The notes beneath the pieces are model-generated. The model made no database searches, was not told the origin of the DNA, and saw only the letters and a list, made by a program, of their open reading frames with translations. Below are positions 24,000 through 37,541 of a stretch of DNA of 64,000 bases, piece after piece. Each line of letters opens with the position of its first letter. The first letter of the stretch is position 1. Position numbers and translations under genes: made by a program. Origin of the DNA: Octopus vulgaris (Eukaryota); assembly GCA_951406725.2 (NCBI GenBank), contig OX597814.1:107508001-107572000 (forward strand). The letters are read 5' to 3'.

Positions 24000-24112
24000 A
24001 CTTGACGTTTCACCCAATTCGGATATGTTGCAAAACATTCCACTAAGTCATTGACCATTCTTTGGTAATATTGCTCCCTGGTGTTGTACAACTGTTTCAG
24101 TAGGGTGCTGGC
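24000..24112 (-). CDS. PPP4R1: PPP4R1 exon (ASTLLKQLYNTREQYYQRMVNDLVECFATYPNWVKRQV)
   Basis: cattgcag|...|gtaagt, 113 nt, phase 0 to 2. Confidence 0.88.
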
Positions 24113-24856
24113 CTGCAATGAAACAGAACAATACATGACTGGAAACTATTCCTCCTGTGTGTGTGTGTGTGTGTGGCTATGTGTGAGAGAAAGAGACATG
24201 CACTGAGCAGAGCAGTTTCGTTGCATATTCAGACCTCTGCTAAGAATACTACACATATGCATGGTTGCCTGAAGAGGGATCTTGTAGAGACCAATGTTGT
24301 AGGGTTAGTTGCCAGGGAACTACTTTGTAGTATGGGCTGCAGAAGGGAATGCAATGATGATAACAGAGGAAAATTTTAAGGGAGGAAAACAACAAATGAC
24401 AACAGAAATGTATTTAGGGCAACATCATACCATGAATAACATCGGTGGTAATAAACCAAGGCTTTTATCATCATTTAATGCCTGCCTCCCATGCTGGCAT
24501 GGGAGAGATGGTTCAACAGGAGCCGGCATGGGAGGCTACTGTGTCTGTTTTGGCAGGATTTTATACAGCTGGATGCCCTTCTTAACACCAACCACTCAAC
24601 AGAGTGGACTTGGTGCTTTTCACATGGCACAAACACAGGCGAGGTCAGTTTCGGCAAGGTTTTTACACTGAACTGACAGGGTCACCAAGTACTTACAAGA
24701 CATAAATTCCTTTCATATTTTCAATATTGTCATAGCAACAGAAACATTTATCATTCATCTCGTATGTTGTTCAAAGTTGTATTCTCAAAAGCAGGATTCA
24801 AAATGAAACCCAAATGCAAAAATATATGGAAATCTATAGTTAAATGCTTCTTAGAT

Positions 24857-25210
24857 GCAGGCATGGATAAGTGGTAAGAAATATGCTCCCCAACCACATG
24901 GTTCCGGAGTCTGTCCCACTGCATGACACCTTGGGCAAGTGCTTCTACTATAGCCTCGGGCCATCCAAAGCTTTGTGAGTGGATTTGGTAGACAGAAACT
25001 GAAAGAAGCCTGCTGTGTGTGTCCACCATCATTGTTGACAACCTGTGTTGGTTGTGTTTATGTCATAACTTAGCAGTTCAGCAAAAGAAGCTGATATATG
25101 TTCCAGGCTTTGAAAAAAAAAAGTACTGGTGTCAATTCATTCAACGAAAAGTTCAAGGCAGTGCCCCAGTATGGCCGCAACCTAATGCCCGAAACAACAA
25201 GACAGAAGAC
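24857..25210 (+). mobile_element. tRNA-derived SINE (many reverse copies, e.g. 11720-11920, 23010-23300, 31670-32020, 54990-55230)
   Basis: A-box-like GGCATGGATAAGTGGTAAG, B-box-like region, CCTTGGGCAAGTG core; multi-copy in the window. Confidence 0.7.
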
Positions 25211-25297
25211 AAAGCTAATAACTGATGAGGGGACACAGACAAAAGCAAGAATCCAAACAATAACTTCTCTGTTCATTCGTTTTCTGGCAGATTCAAT

Positions 25298-25346
<49 letters not shown>

Positions 25347-25874
25347 ATCGTCATTTAACGCCTGATTTCCATGCTGGGATGGGTTGGACAGTTTGACTGA
25401 AGACTGGCAAGCCGGGAGACGGCACCCGTCTCCAATCTGATTTGGCAAGTTTTCTACAGCTGGATGCCATTCCTAATGCCAACCACTCAGGGTGTAGTGA
25501 GTGCTTTTTATGTGTCACCGGCACAGGGATGGTCAGGTGGCACTGGCCATGCTCAAATCGTGCATTTTACCTGCAGTCAGGCAACATTGGCATCATTAGC
25601 CAAGACTATAATTCCACAGAATATCGGCACTCAAGCACAGCCAATCAGCCAACGATTCAAGGGTGCTTTTAAATTGGCCAGTTATGCAACACTGGCCATG
25701 GCTATGATCTCATTTGGCCTGCTGGGTCATATCATCAAGCACAGCATATCCCCAAAGATCTTGGTCGCTTAACCTTGCCTCTGTGAGGCCCAACATTCGA
25801 TGGTCGTGCTCCACCACCTCATCGCTTCCTGGGTCTACCTCTTCCATAGGTTTCCTCCACTGTTACGGTGACAC

Positions 25875-25911
<37 letters not shown>

Positions 25912-27163
25912 AATAAAAAATACATAAACATAACATATACTGAATGTAAAAATTAACGGGAGATAAACAGAAGGTCCATAATTCTTCATCAGTTATCGAC
26001 CAACTGGTAATATTCACACCCTTAACGACATGTGTGTGTGTGTGTGCATGTTCCTGCTATCATATGACACCTGATGTTGGTGTTTACATTTGGCAAAATA
26101 GACTAAGTACTAGGCTTACAAAGAATAAGTCCTGGGGTCAATTTGTTCGAATGAAGGCAATACTCCAGCATGACTGGAACAAGTAAAAGAATAAAAAAAA
26201 AAAAAGAGAATCTCTGATCTTTTGTTGACGACCACTTTCCTATAGACCAGTTGTTTTCAACCAGGATCCATATAAAATTTTCAGGGGTCCACACAGCCAA
26301 AACAGAAACCTAGGCCCACAGTAATATTTTATGGGGTACTGCGGAGTGATTAGGAAAGGCATCCAACCATAAAATCCCCGCCAAAACAGACACAGTAGCC
26401 TTGGGTAGTTTTTCTATCTGGCCGGCTCCTGTCACCCATCCAACCCATGCATGCATTGGGTAGTTTTTCTACCTGGCCAGCTCCTGACACCCATCCTACC
26501 CATGCATGCATGGAAGATGTACGTTGATGATGCATTTTATTGTAGGACATAGCTAGGTTTCTTTCATTTTAAGCTGACACAAGTGAAATGAGGGAAAAAC
26601 AAAATAGGTATTTTGAAAAATATCTAGAAAACTACTTTTGAAGACAGAATGGCTATGAGGTTCCACCAGAATAAAATGGGAATAAAAAAAAAATGGTTGA
26701 GAACCAGTGCTTTAGACATTGTGAATCCATAACACACAATCCACTGTTGCAAGGGGGGTATTTCTGGTGTACTGGTCAGTCTTCTGAGTCAAAACTATCC
26801 CCACCCACACCTCACCTAATTCAGCCAAGTAACCTTACAAGAGAACAAATAAGTGACTTTTTATTCAACTTTCCTCAAAACTGTTCAAGGAAATCACTGG
26901 CATAAAAGAACTACTCAGAAGGGGCGGCGGTGGGGACACTATGGTGACACCCACCAATTCTACGGCAGTCACAAATTAAAACTATGTGTAGATATAGAAA
27001 TAATACATTTCGAAATCTCAGAGATTTATGCAGTAGCAACACAATAAAGTGACGGTTTATTGTCAACTTAATGTGACACTCCCATGAAAGGGAAGAAAGC
27101 TAGTGTTATTTAACCCTAGGAATCACTGTTTCCTGTTGGACTTGACAAATTTCCTTGTGTCCT

Positions 27164-27300
27164 TATGTTTTCAAAGTGGAGACAAGCACCACACCCAGCA
27201 AAGCCAGCATCCAGAGACTAGTTTCAGAGTCATTGCTCATCATCAGTCTGGAGTAGCATGGCTTGCTAACTGCTGATGCCCATCCACCTTTGAAAACATA
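27164..27300 (-). ncRNA. Type I minimal hammerhead ribozyme motif on top of a long hairpin
   Basis: Minus strand: TCCAGA-CTGATGA-T-GAG(CAATGA)CTC-T-GAAAC-TA-GTC-TCTGGA, with terminal inverted repeats TATGTTTTCAAAG(G)TGGA. Confidence 0.7.
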
Positions 27301-27410
27301 TATATTTCAAGTGGAATACATTCACTGATTTTTTTTCTTTTGTGTAGCGATGTTTTCTTCATTATGTACGATTATTTCCAACAGAAGGAAAAGAACACAT
27401 GGGAACTCAC

Positions 27411-27531
27411 CAGAGCACAAGCAGCTAACCGGACTTCAGCAACTTTGTCACTTAATAAAGTAAGAGCAATTGGTAGTAAAAACGTACTATTTTCTTCAGC
27501 TTGAAATAGACTAGACAAAAGTTCACATTGT
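27411..27531 (-). CDS. PPP4R1: PPP4R1 exon (QCELLSSLF..LLPIALTLLSDKVAEVRLAACAL)
   Basis: 121 nt, phase 2 to 0; HEAT repeat DKV..VR. Confidence 0.92.
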
Positions 27532-28876
27532 CTGAAATGGAAACAAATAAAATGGTCCGTATTAGCAGATGATCAGAGCACAACAGATTTAACACACGAG
27601 CATAAATATAGTTGTATGGTTCACAAGTTCATTTCCCGACCACAGACTTCCAGGTTTAACTCCTACTGCGTGGCACCTTGGACAAGTAAATAGGACAAGG
27701 AATGTAGATATGGTTTCTTCTTTTTTGCTTGGACACTGGTTTTTAACTATAGGTTTCCCTTATTTGAAATGTAATTTTTAAAAGATTTTCTAAACGATGA
27801 ACTTTTATTTTTACATTATATATTACTTATTTATATGCTTCCTATATATACATATTTTTATATACCTATATATTACTTTATACTATATTTTTACATATTT
27901 ATTTTCTAGGTGTTGTAATGTTTTTTTAAAAAAATATATATTTCTAAATCGCTAAAGTATTAACATTAACCGTGATGAACTGTATTCACACATTTTTCTC
28001 GCACTTTCTTATATGCTTGTACAGATGAGTTATGTTTCATCTTCCGTGATATCATAAATGTATATTCTATGATTAAATGTTCGAGATATGAAATGTTATG
28101 TGGATGACCTTGCATTTGTTTGTTCTGTAACCTTAGTTTGATATATATATGTATATACATACATACATACATACATACACACACCTGGCTCCTTTCTGCT
28201 TGTCAACAACAACCATTCCAAAGATGTTGGTCACCATTTTCCCTAACTAAGCATGATTGCAGAGCCAGATTCTTTGACATGCAACCATGCTTGCACGCAC
28301 ACACAGTGAACACTTGCGTACAGGTCACCAAATTATCCCTCCTTCCCCACCATTAACACAAACCTGTTATGGATTCAGTTCTTATCCTACTTATATCACC
28401 ATTCATCTCCATATTTGATCCACTTCGATGGAAAATCAGTGCCGAAAAAAATCTCCCCAAAATTCACTGAGTTGAGATATCACGTCAAGCAATGTCGGAT
28501 ACTATAACCCAACTATTTACAAAGTGAAATTACGTGTTTTAACGAATGTACCAATGAGATTTCGGTTCAAATTTACATTTAAATAATAGGTTCTCTCGGC
28601 CAGGTTGGTATTATGAACCAAAAATTTTTTCAGCCAGGTTAGTAACGAAAGGGTTAAACAAGCCAATATAATCCTGTTTTAACTTCAATTAGGCCACATT
28701 TGGCCCTTCACATTTACCCAACAATATCATTCTAAAAACAATCACATCAAAATCTCAAAGCTAATGTATGACTAATTCAAAACAATGTGAATAAATAGAT
28801 ATTATGCTTGACAGAGGAATCAGAATGCTAAAGAATTAACGAAAAACAAGAAAATACTCTAAATTCAAATACATAC

Positions 28877-28977
28877 TCTGCTAATTCTAAACGGAAACGC
28901 CAATTTCTATGATTATCAGTTGTAAGAAAATTATCAAATTTTGGTAAATATGCATTTCTCACAGATGGCTTTAATAA
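28877..28977 (-). CDS. PPP4R1: PPP4R1 exon (LLKPSVRNAYLPKFDNFLTTDNHRNWRFRLELAE)
   Basis: 101 nt, phase 0 to 2; TDN.RNWRFR.ELAE signature. Confidence 0.93.
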
Positions 28978-29994
28978 CTGAAAAATAAAAAAAATAATTG
29001 AAGATTAATAGAGACAAAATAAAGAAAGAAAAAGAAATATTTAGAAAGGAAAAGAAAGCTTCCATTAAAATTCCAAAATCCTGACTAAGAGTAAAATTTG
29101 TTTAAAAAATTCCTCATTCATTCTAATTGTTTTTAGCATCCACTTTTGAAGACTGTATTGGTGATAGAGAATCTTGTTGAGGCAGAACTTCCTCAACTAA
29201 ACGACGCCGTTCTTGTTGCCAACAGTTACCCCTATTTCCCAGCCAAATAGTATTTTCTGCCCTTGTAGCCAGATCTTCTTTTCTTAAAGGGCAGGAAACA
29301 AAGAACACCACTTAGATGACGGTGACGTTTCTTTACAACCATCGCAGGATGTCTAAACTTATTTGTTCACATCTGTCGTTGACAATAACCAAAGACATTA
29401 CATGCATGAAGAGGGGGCACATTATGTCTGACTGTAACAAACCAGTCTGACAAGAGAGGGAAACAGGCAATTCTCTGACAACCATCAAGGAATTTCTCGT
29501 GCAAGAATCCTCCTGAACCACCACATTCAGAATATAGAAGACAGGCATCTGGCACAAAGTCAGAGTGGCTTTAGAGTGGGACAGTCAACATCACAAGTGT
29601 CAAGAAAAGAACAGGGACCTCCTAAACAAGAGGTTTGTAGACCTATGCCTAGATAAAAATACAGACACACACACACACACACAAAGAGATTCTTTTAGTT
29701 TTCATTGACCAAATCCACTAATGGGGCTTGGCCGGCCCATTGTGCACAGCACAATGGGCCAAGACTGAATCCAAAACCACATGGTTGGGAAGCAATCTTC
29801 TTAACAGTACAGCCACACCTATTTTCTCATAGTTATCTGAAAGACAGGCAATTTATTTCAACAGAAATAATGGTATGAAAATAGTTAAAATTGACTGCAA
29901 GGGTTACAGAAAGTAAAGTATTTCAAGAGAGAGTAAGATCTTTTTCTTGGGTCAGTTTAAAGAGGTTGTCAACGAAGTTTATACTAGGACTCAC

Positions 29995-30156
29995 CTTAAG
30001 AAATTCCATCAGATGCTTTAAAACTCCTATCCGAACTTCATCTAGATCCTTGAGGAAACCATCAAAGACAGGAACCAGGTCTTTATGGGTAATATCTTCT
30101 CCTAAAATCACAGCAAGTTTATGGATGGAGAATGCCAGAGTTCGACGAACCTTCCA
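29995..30156 (-). CDS. PPP4R1: PPP4R1 exon (WKVRRTLAFSIHKLAVILG..FLKDLDEVRIGVLKHL.EFLK)
   Basis: 162 nt, phase 0 to 0; close match to vertebrate PPP4R1 as I recall it. Confidence 0.95.
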
Positions 30157-33137
30157 CTGGAAACGAAATTAAATATTGTTAAAAAACTAAGCAACAAATG
30201 CTAAATCGTTTAGCGTTTGCTCTTCATGCTGGCATGGGTGGGACGGTTTGGCTGTAAAATGGTAGGGGGAGCTGCTCTAAGTTCCAATCTGATTTGGCAA
30301 AATTTCTACAACTGGATGCCCTGCCTAACACCAACTACTCCAAGATTTTTTTTTTTTTTTTTTTGGTTTTGTTTATTACATGCATGCCAGTGGCATCAGC
30401 TATGACATATTTCTAACATACATTTACCAGTGATTTCCTTAAGTCCAGACAGAAATCGAATATATAGAACTACAAAAGTTATCTCTCCATGAACTCTTTT
30501 GATTAACTCCAATCAGACTGCCTCTTCGTATTAGGATACAAATTTCTAGTTTTAAAATTCTCAAAATCTTCCACCAAAATTATATTCTAAAATATTCTTA
30601 ATGAGGACAAAAATCATTCTAAATTCTTCCAAAGTTAATTAAAATGAAGGCATCTTGTTAATAGGATTCATGTTTGTGAATGGAACAGATCGAGCAATTA
30701 TTTCCACGGCTAACCACTAACTCATCTTAGCTAGGTCTCAGGCTGACTAACAATCTTACCTGAACACCCCCAACAATTTGTGTCACTACAAAACCACATA
30801 TAACATGTTCTTTCACAGTTTAGTAAATGATAGCCACACACAGGGGTAGGTCTACAAGTTTTTGCTGATAATCCTAATTATGAAGATAGCAAAAAGTACA
30901 AGAAGTTTACAAAGTACATGGTTCTTACACCGAAGGATGACACACAAATCCATGAAAGGCCTTCCAAATCTTTACAAATTTTTGACACGTTAAAGACATG
31001 CACACCATTGACACAAAGTCACTCTGTGCAGCGACTGGTGTTAGGAAGGGCAGCATCCAACCATAGAAACCAAGCCGAAACAAACTGGAACCTGGTGCAG
31101 CTCTCCAGCTTACCAGTTCCAGTCAAAATGGACAACCCATGACAGCATGGAAAACGGGCAAAATTAGGACAATGTGCCATTAACAGCAAACAATTTTGGC
31201 AAAGTTCTTCACTTAAGTGGATGTATAAGATAGAAGATAGTGTTCCTTATCGCAGGAGTCAACAGGTTTTGTGCTAAGATCATCATCATTTAACGTCCAT
31301 TGTCCATACTGGCATGGGTTGGACGGTTTGACCAGGACGGGCAAGCTGGATGGCTGCACCAGACTCCAGTCTGCTTTAGCATACTCTTCTTCGGCTGGAT
31401 GCCCTTTCAAACGCCAACCACTCCAAGAGATTAACAGGCACTTTTATGTGCCACCAGCATTGGTGTGAGTTGTGCGACACCAGTATCTGCCATGATGGGT
31501 CTTCTCAAGCAGGACATAATACCAAGGTATCAGCCATTTGTTGTAGCCTCCGTGAGGCCAAGCACTCACAAGGAGCTTTTCATATGCCACTATATTACAA
31601 TTCTTGTTAATTCCCGAAAGTATCGCTCTTCAAATGTGTTTTATGTACACAGGTGACAATGGGTAGCTTTTATTCTGCACTTGTTTCAGTCATTATACTG
31701 TGGTCATGCTGGGGCACCATCGAGAAGCTTACTTGAATGAACTGACCCCAGTAATTGTTTCAAGCCTAGTTCTTATTCTATAGGTCTCCTTTGCCAATCT
31801 GTTGGGTTACAGGGATATGAACTCACCAATACCGGTTGTTAAATGGCAGTGGGGAACAAACATACATGATGGGCTTCTTTCAGTTTCCATCTGTCAAATC
31901 TATTCACAAGGCCATGGTTGATTTGTGACTATAGTAGAAGACACTTACTCAAGGTACCATGCAGTGAGACTGAACCCAGAACCATGTGGTTGGGAAACAA
32001 GCTTCTTACCACGCAGCCATTCCTGTCTTTAGAAATTCTTATTTTCATGCATAAAAGTGGTTGTGTTACTAGTGTTTTTCTTTGATTTTTTTGGGAAAAA
32101 TTTACTTTAGAACATGAAAACCAATGGTAAAATGAATTTTGTATTATGGCATGATCTTCAGGAACACTTTCCATCACACGTAGTCCCATCTAATAATGGT
32201 ATGAATGAAATTCCTCTTTGTAAACAACAAATACTTGTTGCTACCAATCTGTGATCATGTCAGAACAACAATTGTAATATATCAAAATTTACTAAAATTT
32301 TAACAGGAAATCGATACAAGAAAGGCTGTGACAAAACATTGCAAATTGTTTCACAGGAGACAATTCAGATGTTCAATGCATGCTTAGGAAATAAGAAACA
32401 TTTAATACATTAACAGCATCACTATGAATGTAAAAAGCACCAATGCTGATGCCACACAAAAGAGAACCTGGGCTGGTGCCACACAAGAGGCACCTGATAC
32501 TCGTAGACATTGGTAGAGGCATACCAGCATGGAAAACGGATGTTTGATGATGAGAAAACTATTATAACACATACAGCTTCTCTCTTGAACATAGTTTATA
32601 CACTGGATGCCAAGGAAAACAGTTAACATTTCAACTGTACTCTGTACATCCTTAATATTTAGAATCTGGAAAAAAAATGTGAAAGTGCTAAAAATCCCTG
32701 ATTTATCACTTTTTGATACTAACTCCTCATTTTAGAAATAATGAAAATTCCATGCCAGTTTGTTCCAAACACCTGCTTCATAATTTCATGGTTATTTTAA
32801 TAAAGTCTTCATGAACAGGCATGACTATGTGTTATGGAAACTGTAAGGAACCTGTGACACATGTACATGCATGTCTGTGTCCCCCATTGCCTGATAATTG
32901 GCGTTGGTGTGCTTATGTCTTCGTAATTTAGTAGTTTGGCCAAAGAGGCACCAGGTGTAAAAATTAAAATTACTGGAAGTGATTCATTCACCTAAAAATT
33001 CCTGAAGGTGACGCCTCAGCATGGCCACAGTCTAATGACTGAAACGAGCAAAAGATTAAAGATTTTCAAAAGTAACAAAAAGTTTTCGTTTCAATAACAA
33101 TGCGGTGAGAAAAGGGTGAAAGTGGTCATATACTCAC

Positions 33138-33323
33138 TTGCATATCAGCAGCCAAGGTTTCAAAGAGGGACTTAAGGCAGTGCCAGTTATGTCGGCCAAG
33201 AGTGTAGGCAACAGCAGGAAAACTGTAGGCACAATGACGTGTGATTTCAGAGTCCACAGTCTGTGATAAGGCAGGGTCAACCATTGTAAGAAATCTCTGT
33301 AACAAACTGGGAGGCACTATTTC
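33138..33323 (-). CDS. PPP4R1: PPP4R1 exon (EIVPPSLL..QTVDSEITRHCAYSFPAVAYTLGRHNWHCLK..LAADMQ)
   Basis: 186 nt, phase 0 to 0; HCAYS.P.VA.TLGR.NW signature. Confidence 0.95.
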
Positions 33324-34185
33324 CTGCAGAATCAATTCAGAAACATGGGTTTATCAAACTTTTAATGATCATGGAAGAAGAGCTAGGCTAAGGATTAGAT
33401 TTTAAAATTAAAAAAAAATTTTTTAAATAAAAATCAACTGTAAGTTTTTACGTATCTACTTTACACCAAGAAGCCTATATTTATCCCTTGTAAAGGGGTT
33501 GGCATTAGTCTGTTTTGGTTTCTATGGTTGGATGTCCTTCCTATGCAACCTCGTGGCAGCTCCTGCCAGACCATCCAGCCAATGCTAGCATGGAAAACAA
33601 ACATTAAACGATGATGGTCATGTGTGTGTCCCTACCATCAACTGTAGCAGGAAATATGTGTACCCAAAGTACATTAACAGCAACTTACTTCAATGTTCTT
33701 CATTTCCTTTGTCTTTCACCCAACTAGAGACGTTGGGTAGCAGAATATATTACACACACATATTTTGAAACAAACACATCTCTAGTTGGGTGAAAGACAA
33801 AAGAAATACTCACACAGGTAAGCATTTGTGCGTGTGTGTGTTTTTAGTATTTAGTAGCAGCAGAGTGACTCAAGTTTGATAAGTGCTAACACACAAAGCT
33901 CTCAGCCCTTAATATCCTCTGCCATCCTGAACAAACCATTACTTAGCACTTCTGTTTAGTTTTGAAGAATGGTAACAAACATTATTCAACATCCATTTTC
34001 CATGCAGGCATGGACTGAAGGAGGTTCGACAAGAACTGGGGAGCCAGAGAGTGGCAGCAGATTCCCATTGTCTGGTTTTGGCCAGGTTTCTAGACTTGAG
34101 TGCCCTTCCTGGTGCCAACCAACACCGGTCTCCCAATTTTTTGACAGTGGAAGTCAAACGATGAGCAGTAGAGAGTGTATGCACA

Positions 34186-34227
<42 letters not shown>

Positions 34228-35028
34228 ACTTTGGAAAAATATTTAGAATAAGTGGAAGATTTTCAGGTTATGATTCTATCATATTCTATGTGATTAACTT
34301 TGGAAGAAAAGCATCCATAGAACCCAGGATTTTGGTCAACAGAAGGCAAAGCTGAATGGGAGGAAAAGAATTTCAATGCTACAAAATCTCAGCATACCAT
34401 TGGCTATTGTTGGTGCTTGCAATGTGTGTGGGGGTGGGGGTCAGTGCTAACATATCAATTTGCCCTAGGTTTCTTACAATTTGTTTGCAATAATTTCCAA
34501 AGATTGCTATAGAAATCCATGACAGGTGTGGAAAATCAAACATATTCAACTTTCCTTGCATGTCTTCCACTACCACCACTTGGAGCAGACATTTAGGAGA
34601 GAAAGCAAACCACTGAAAACTTTGTGAATAGTGATGAAAGGACTTTGACCAAAAAATAACTGGTTGTTTAACCAACCATTAAACATGCAATCGATCAGTT
34701 AGATCATTTAGCCAACTGACTAACAAGAAGTAATATTTAACCAGTGTGTGTTGTTATTGACCACACCACACAAGATACAACAAAAATGTTAAACTGAAAA
34801 TATTCCAAAATATAAATTTGTTAATTGCATCAACTTTACAAGGTCAAAACAAATAGGATATACATGAATATTTTATCTAAGAAGCTAAATATAAAAATTT
34901 TAACAGATTTTAAATACTGAATGGCAAAACATGTTTAACATGAAATTTATAAGACACTCGTGGCAGACTTGTAATGGTCATTTTTGTCACTTAAATGGAA
35001 AATGAAAAATTAATTAAAGAAGCATTAC

Positions 35029-35126
35029 CTGCTGAGCTGAAAGTTTTGTTATTCTTGCACAAGGGTAGTCAGCATTAGCCGAGTTACCTTCATAACTTTG
35101 ATGTAAATTTGTGTCACTGCTGTAAC
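35029..35126 (-). CDS. PPP4R1: PPP4R1 exon (CYSSDTNLHQSYEGNSANADYPCARITKLSAQQ)
   Basis: ttgtag|...CAG|gtaat, 98 nt, phase 1 to 0; restores the frame between neighbours. Confidence 0.75.
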
Positions 35127-35597
35127 CTACAAACAGACAAACCAACCACAAATATAAAACATTATCTTAATAAAATCTAAAGGAATATTTAGAGAAAAGC
35201 TAGCAAGTGGGGCTGCGGGCTGAGCATGTAGGCGTCTCAATGACAAGGCCCCAAGAACAATGCTTCATCAATACATTCCATATAAGTGGTGTTAGCATGG
35301 AATAAAAGGAACAAAATTCTCCCCCCAAGCATTTCATCCAGTTCACACATCCACTGGTTTCCAATTTATTACCCACAAGGGGCGAAATACAAAGGGGGAC
35401 AACACACACATCCACTGGTTTCCAGCTTTCACTCCTTGTTACCATATCTATTTGATATACACTACTTCTGTTGCAATTAATTTTGAAAATAACGAAAAAA
35501 TAATTAGTACTATCGTTATTAAGCAGGTATTAAGAACATAAATTAACAGGACATTTTTTACAGAAGATTTTAATGTAGATAACTAAACTTTCCTTAA

Positions 35598-36997
35598 CCC
35601 TTTCGTTACTATATTTCTGACCAAAATACACTCCTCATGAGTTTCAATTAAATTCTAAAATAATCATGAATTTAGGCTTGTTTCATTAAATAACTAACTT
35701 TTTTTACTTATCAACATATTAAAGTGATATTTGGAACATAATTAAAGAAAGGGTTCTTAATTCTATTGCATAACTTTTGTCTCAGAGTGACTTTAATTAC
35801 AGGTAAATCCAGCAAAAAGTAAAAATATTATAATTTTGTTTAAACATCACCATAGAAAATGAATCATCAGCTAATATTCAGTCGGGTATGCAATAAAATT
35901 TTGAAAAAGAAGAATTGTGCACATCACTAGATTATCAGTTGTATTTAATGCACAACAGGTGTACCATAAAGGTGGAATAAACTGATATACTGGAATCCAC
36001 CACAAGTTTGACCGAACTAAAGAAATCGGTCAAAAAATAATATATGGCCCTGGTTATGGCATGGAAGTGATAAATTCCAGACCACATTGTTCCCTAGGCG
36101 ATGCTGACTAACATTATTTTCCCTGTATAAAAACTAAATCCACACAGTACCCAGTATTTGCTTCACAAATTTTCCGAAATTTGAACCTCCATTTTGTGTT
36201 TGTTTACATTCTGCGTAAGTTTGTTTCCGCATTGATCGCTTCAAACAATAACTTCCAGACCACATCATACCCTAAGCCATGCTGACTAACATTAGTTTCC
36301 CTGTATAAAAACTAAATCCACAACAGTACCCAGTATTTGCTTCACAAACTTTCCAAATTTTGAACCCCCATTTTGTGTTTGTTTACAATCTGCGTAAATT
36401 TGTTTTCGAAGTGATCGCTTCAAACTAGCATACTTAAAAAAATAAAAGTTTAATGGTTTCACTTCCTAAGAAAGACTATAGATAAACTTTATCTCCTCAG
36501 AAAAATTGCTAATAAAAATATTTTTCAAGTTTTTTACTTCATTCCTATGTAAAAATCGTCTTCGCTGTCGCCATCACCGATTTGTTTCTTCAGAATCACT
36601 TTCATTTTTGGATAAAAAAAATCCTATTCATTATTTTGTACACCACATGCTTTAAGACCTCATGCATTCTTTTTCTCGTTATCTCCCTATTTTCCATTGG
36701 AAAAGCTTTAAATTCAGAATCAATGCTTGATAACATGAAACTCCTATCCATTTTCAAAGTTGAAGAAAAATCGATGCCAGAAAAAATGTGGAAAAAAATC
36801 TCCCAAAATTCACTGAGATATCACATCAAGCAATGTCGGATACTATAAGCCAACTATTTACAAAGTGAAATCGCACGTTTTAACGAATGTACCTACAAGA
36901 TTTGGGTTCAAATTCACATTTAAATAACAATAGGTTCTCGCGGCCGGGTTAGTATTATAAACCAAAAAATTTTTCAGCTGGGTTAGTAACAAAAGGG
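35598..36997 (-). mobile_element. piggyBac-like non-autonomous element with an internal tandem duplication of about 175 bp
   Basis: TTAA|CCCTTTCGTTAC...GTAACAAAAGGG|TTAA; duplication at about 36076-36250 and 36254-36425. Confidence 0.85.
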
Positions 36998-37141
36998 TTA
37001 ACGTCCCACCCTGGACTGCCCCTGGTTGTTTTAAAGTGATCAGCAAACATTCCAGTACAATTCCATGTTAGTTTGTGCCAAACACCAGCTTAACCCTTTA
37101 GCATTTAAGCCAGCCGTAGCCATCCTAAATATTCTACTTGC

Positions 37142-37541
37142 CTATATATATATAAAACTGAAGTTGTCTGTGTATGGCAGGTTTGGTAGCCTTCAACTAA
37201 CACTATCTCCTTCGAGACCTTGCAGCACAAATTAACCAAAATTGAGAGTATGATAGAAGAAGGATTGCTCTTCCTTCAGTAGAAAAAAAAATTCAAATCG
37301 GACCATGTTAACACCAAAAATTATTTACATCAAAATGGTGCTTTTTTTTCTATGAAATTCTCTTATTTTTTTACGATTTTTTGACTGCTGTGTTGCCATT
37401 TTTCGGTGTATTTGAACCAGAAAAATGCTCACTTAAAGAGAATAACAAGCTACATGATGCAAAATCTTTACTTTTCAAGCATTCCAATTCTAAAGGGTCA
37501 AAAAGAAAACAAGCCCAAGCAACGCTGGGCTATACTGCCAG
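37142..37541 (+). mobile_element. Non-autonomous Helitron-like element
   Basis: 5' CTATATATATATAAAA; 3' hairpin GCCCAAGCAACGCTGGGC followed by a CTAGT-like end (GCCAGT). Confidence 0.6.

Noticed and set aside
26400-26512. Tandem duplication of about 55 bp
   Set aside because: Local duplication within an RTE-tail repeat; no further structure.
29734-29760. Small perfect hairpin GGCCCATTGTGC-ACA-GCACAATGGGCC
   Set aside because: Lies within a decayed SINE; probably a local template-switch inversion, too short for a pre-miRNA.
33790-33810. mir-71 gene
   Set aside because: Only the first 9 nt match; the remainder and the arm position do not fit, and it is 30 kb from the cluster.
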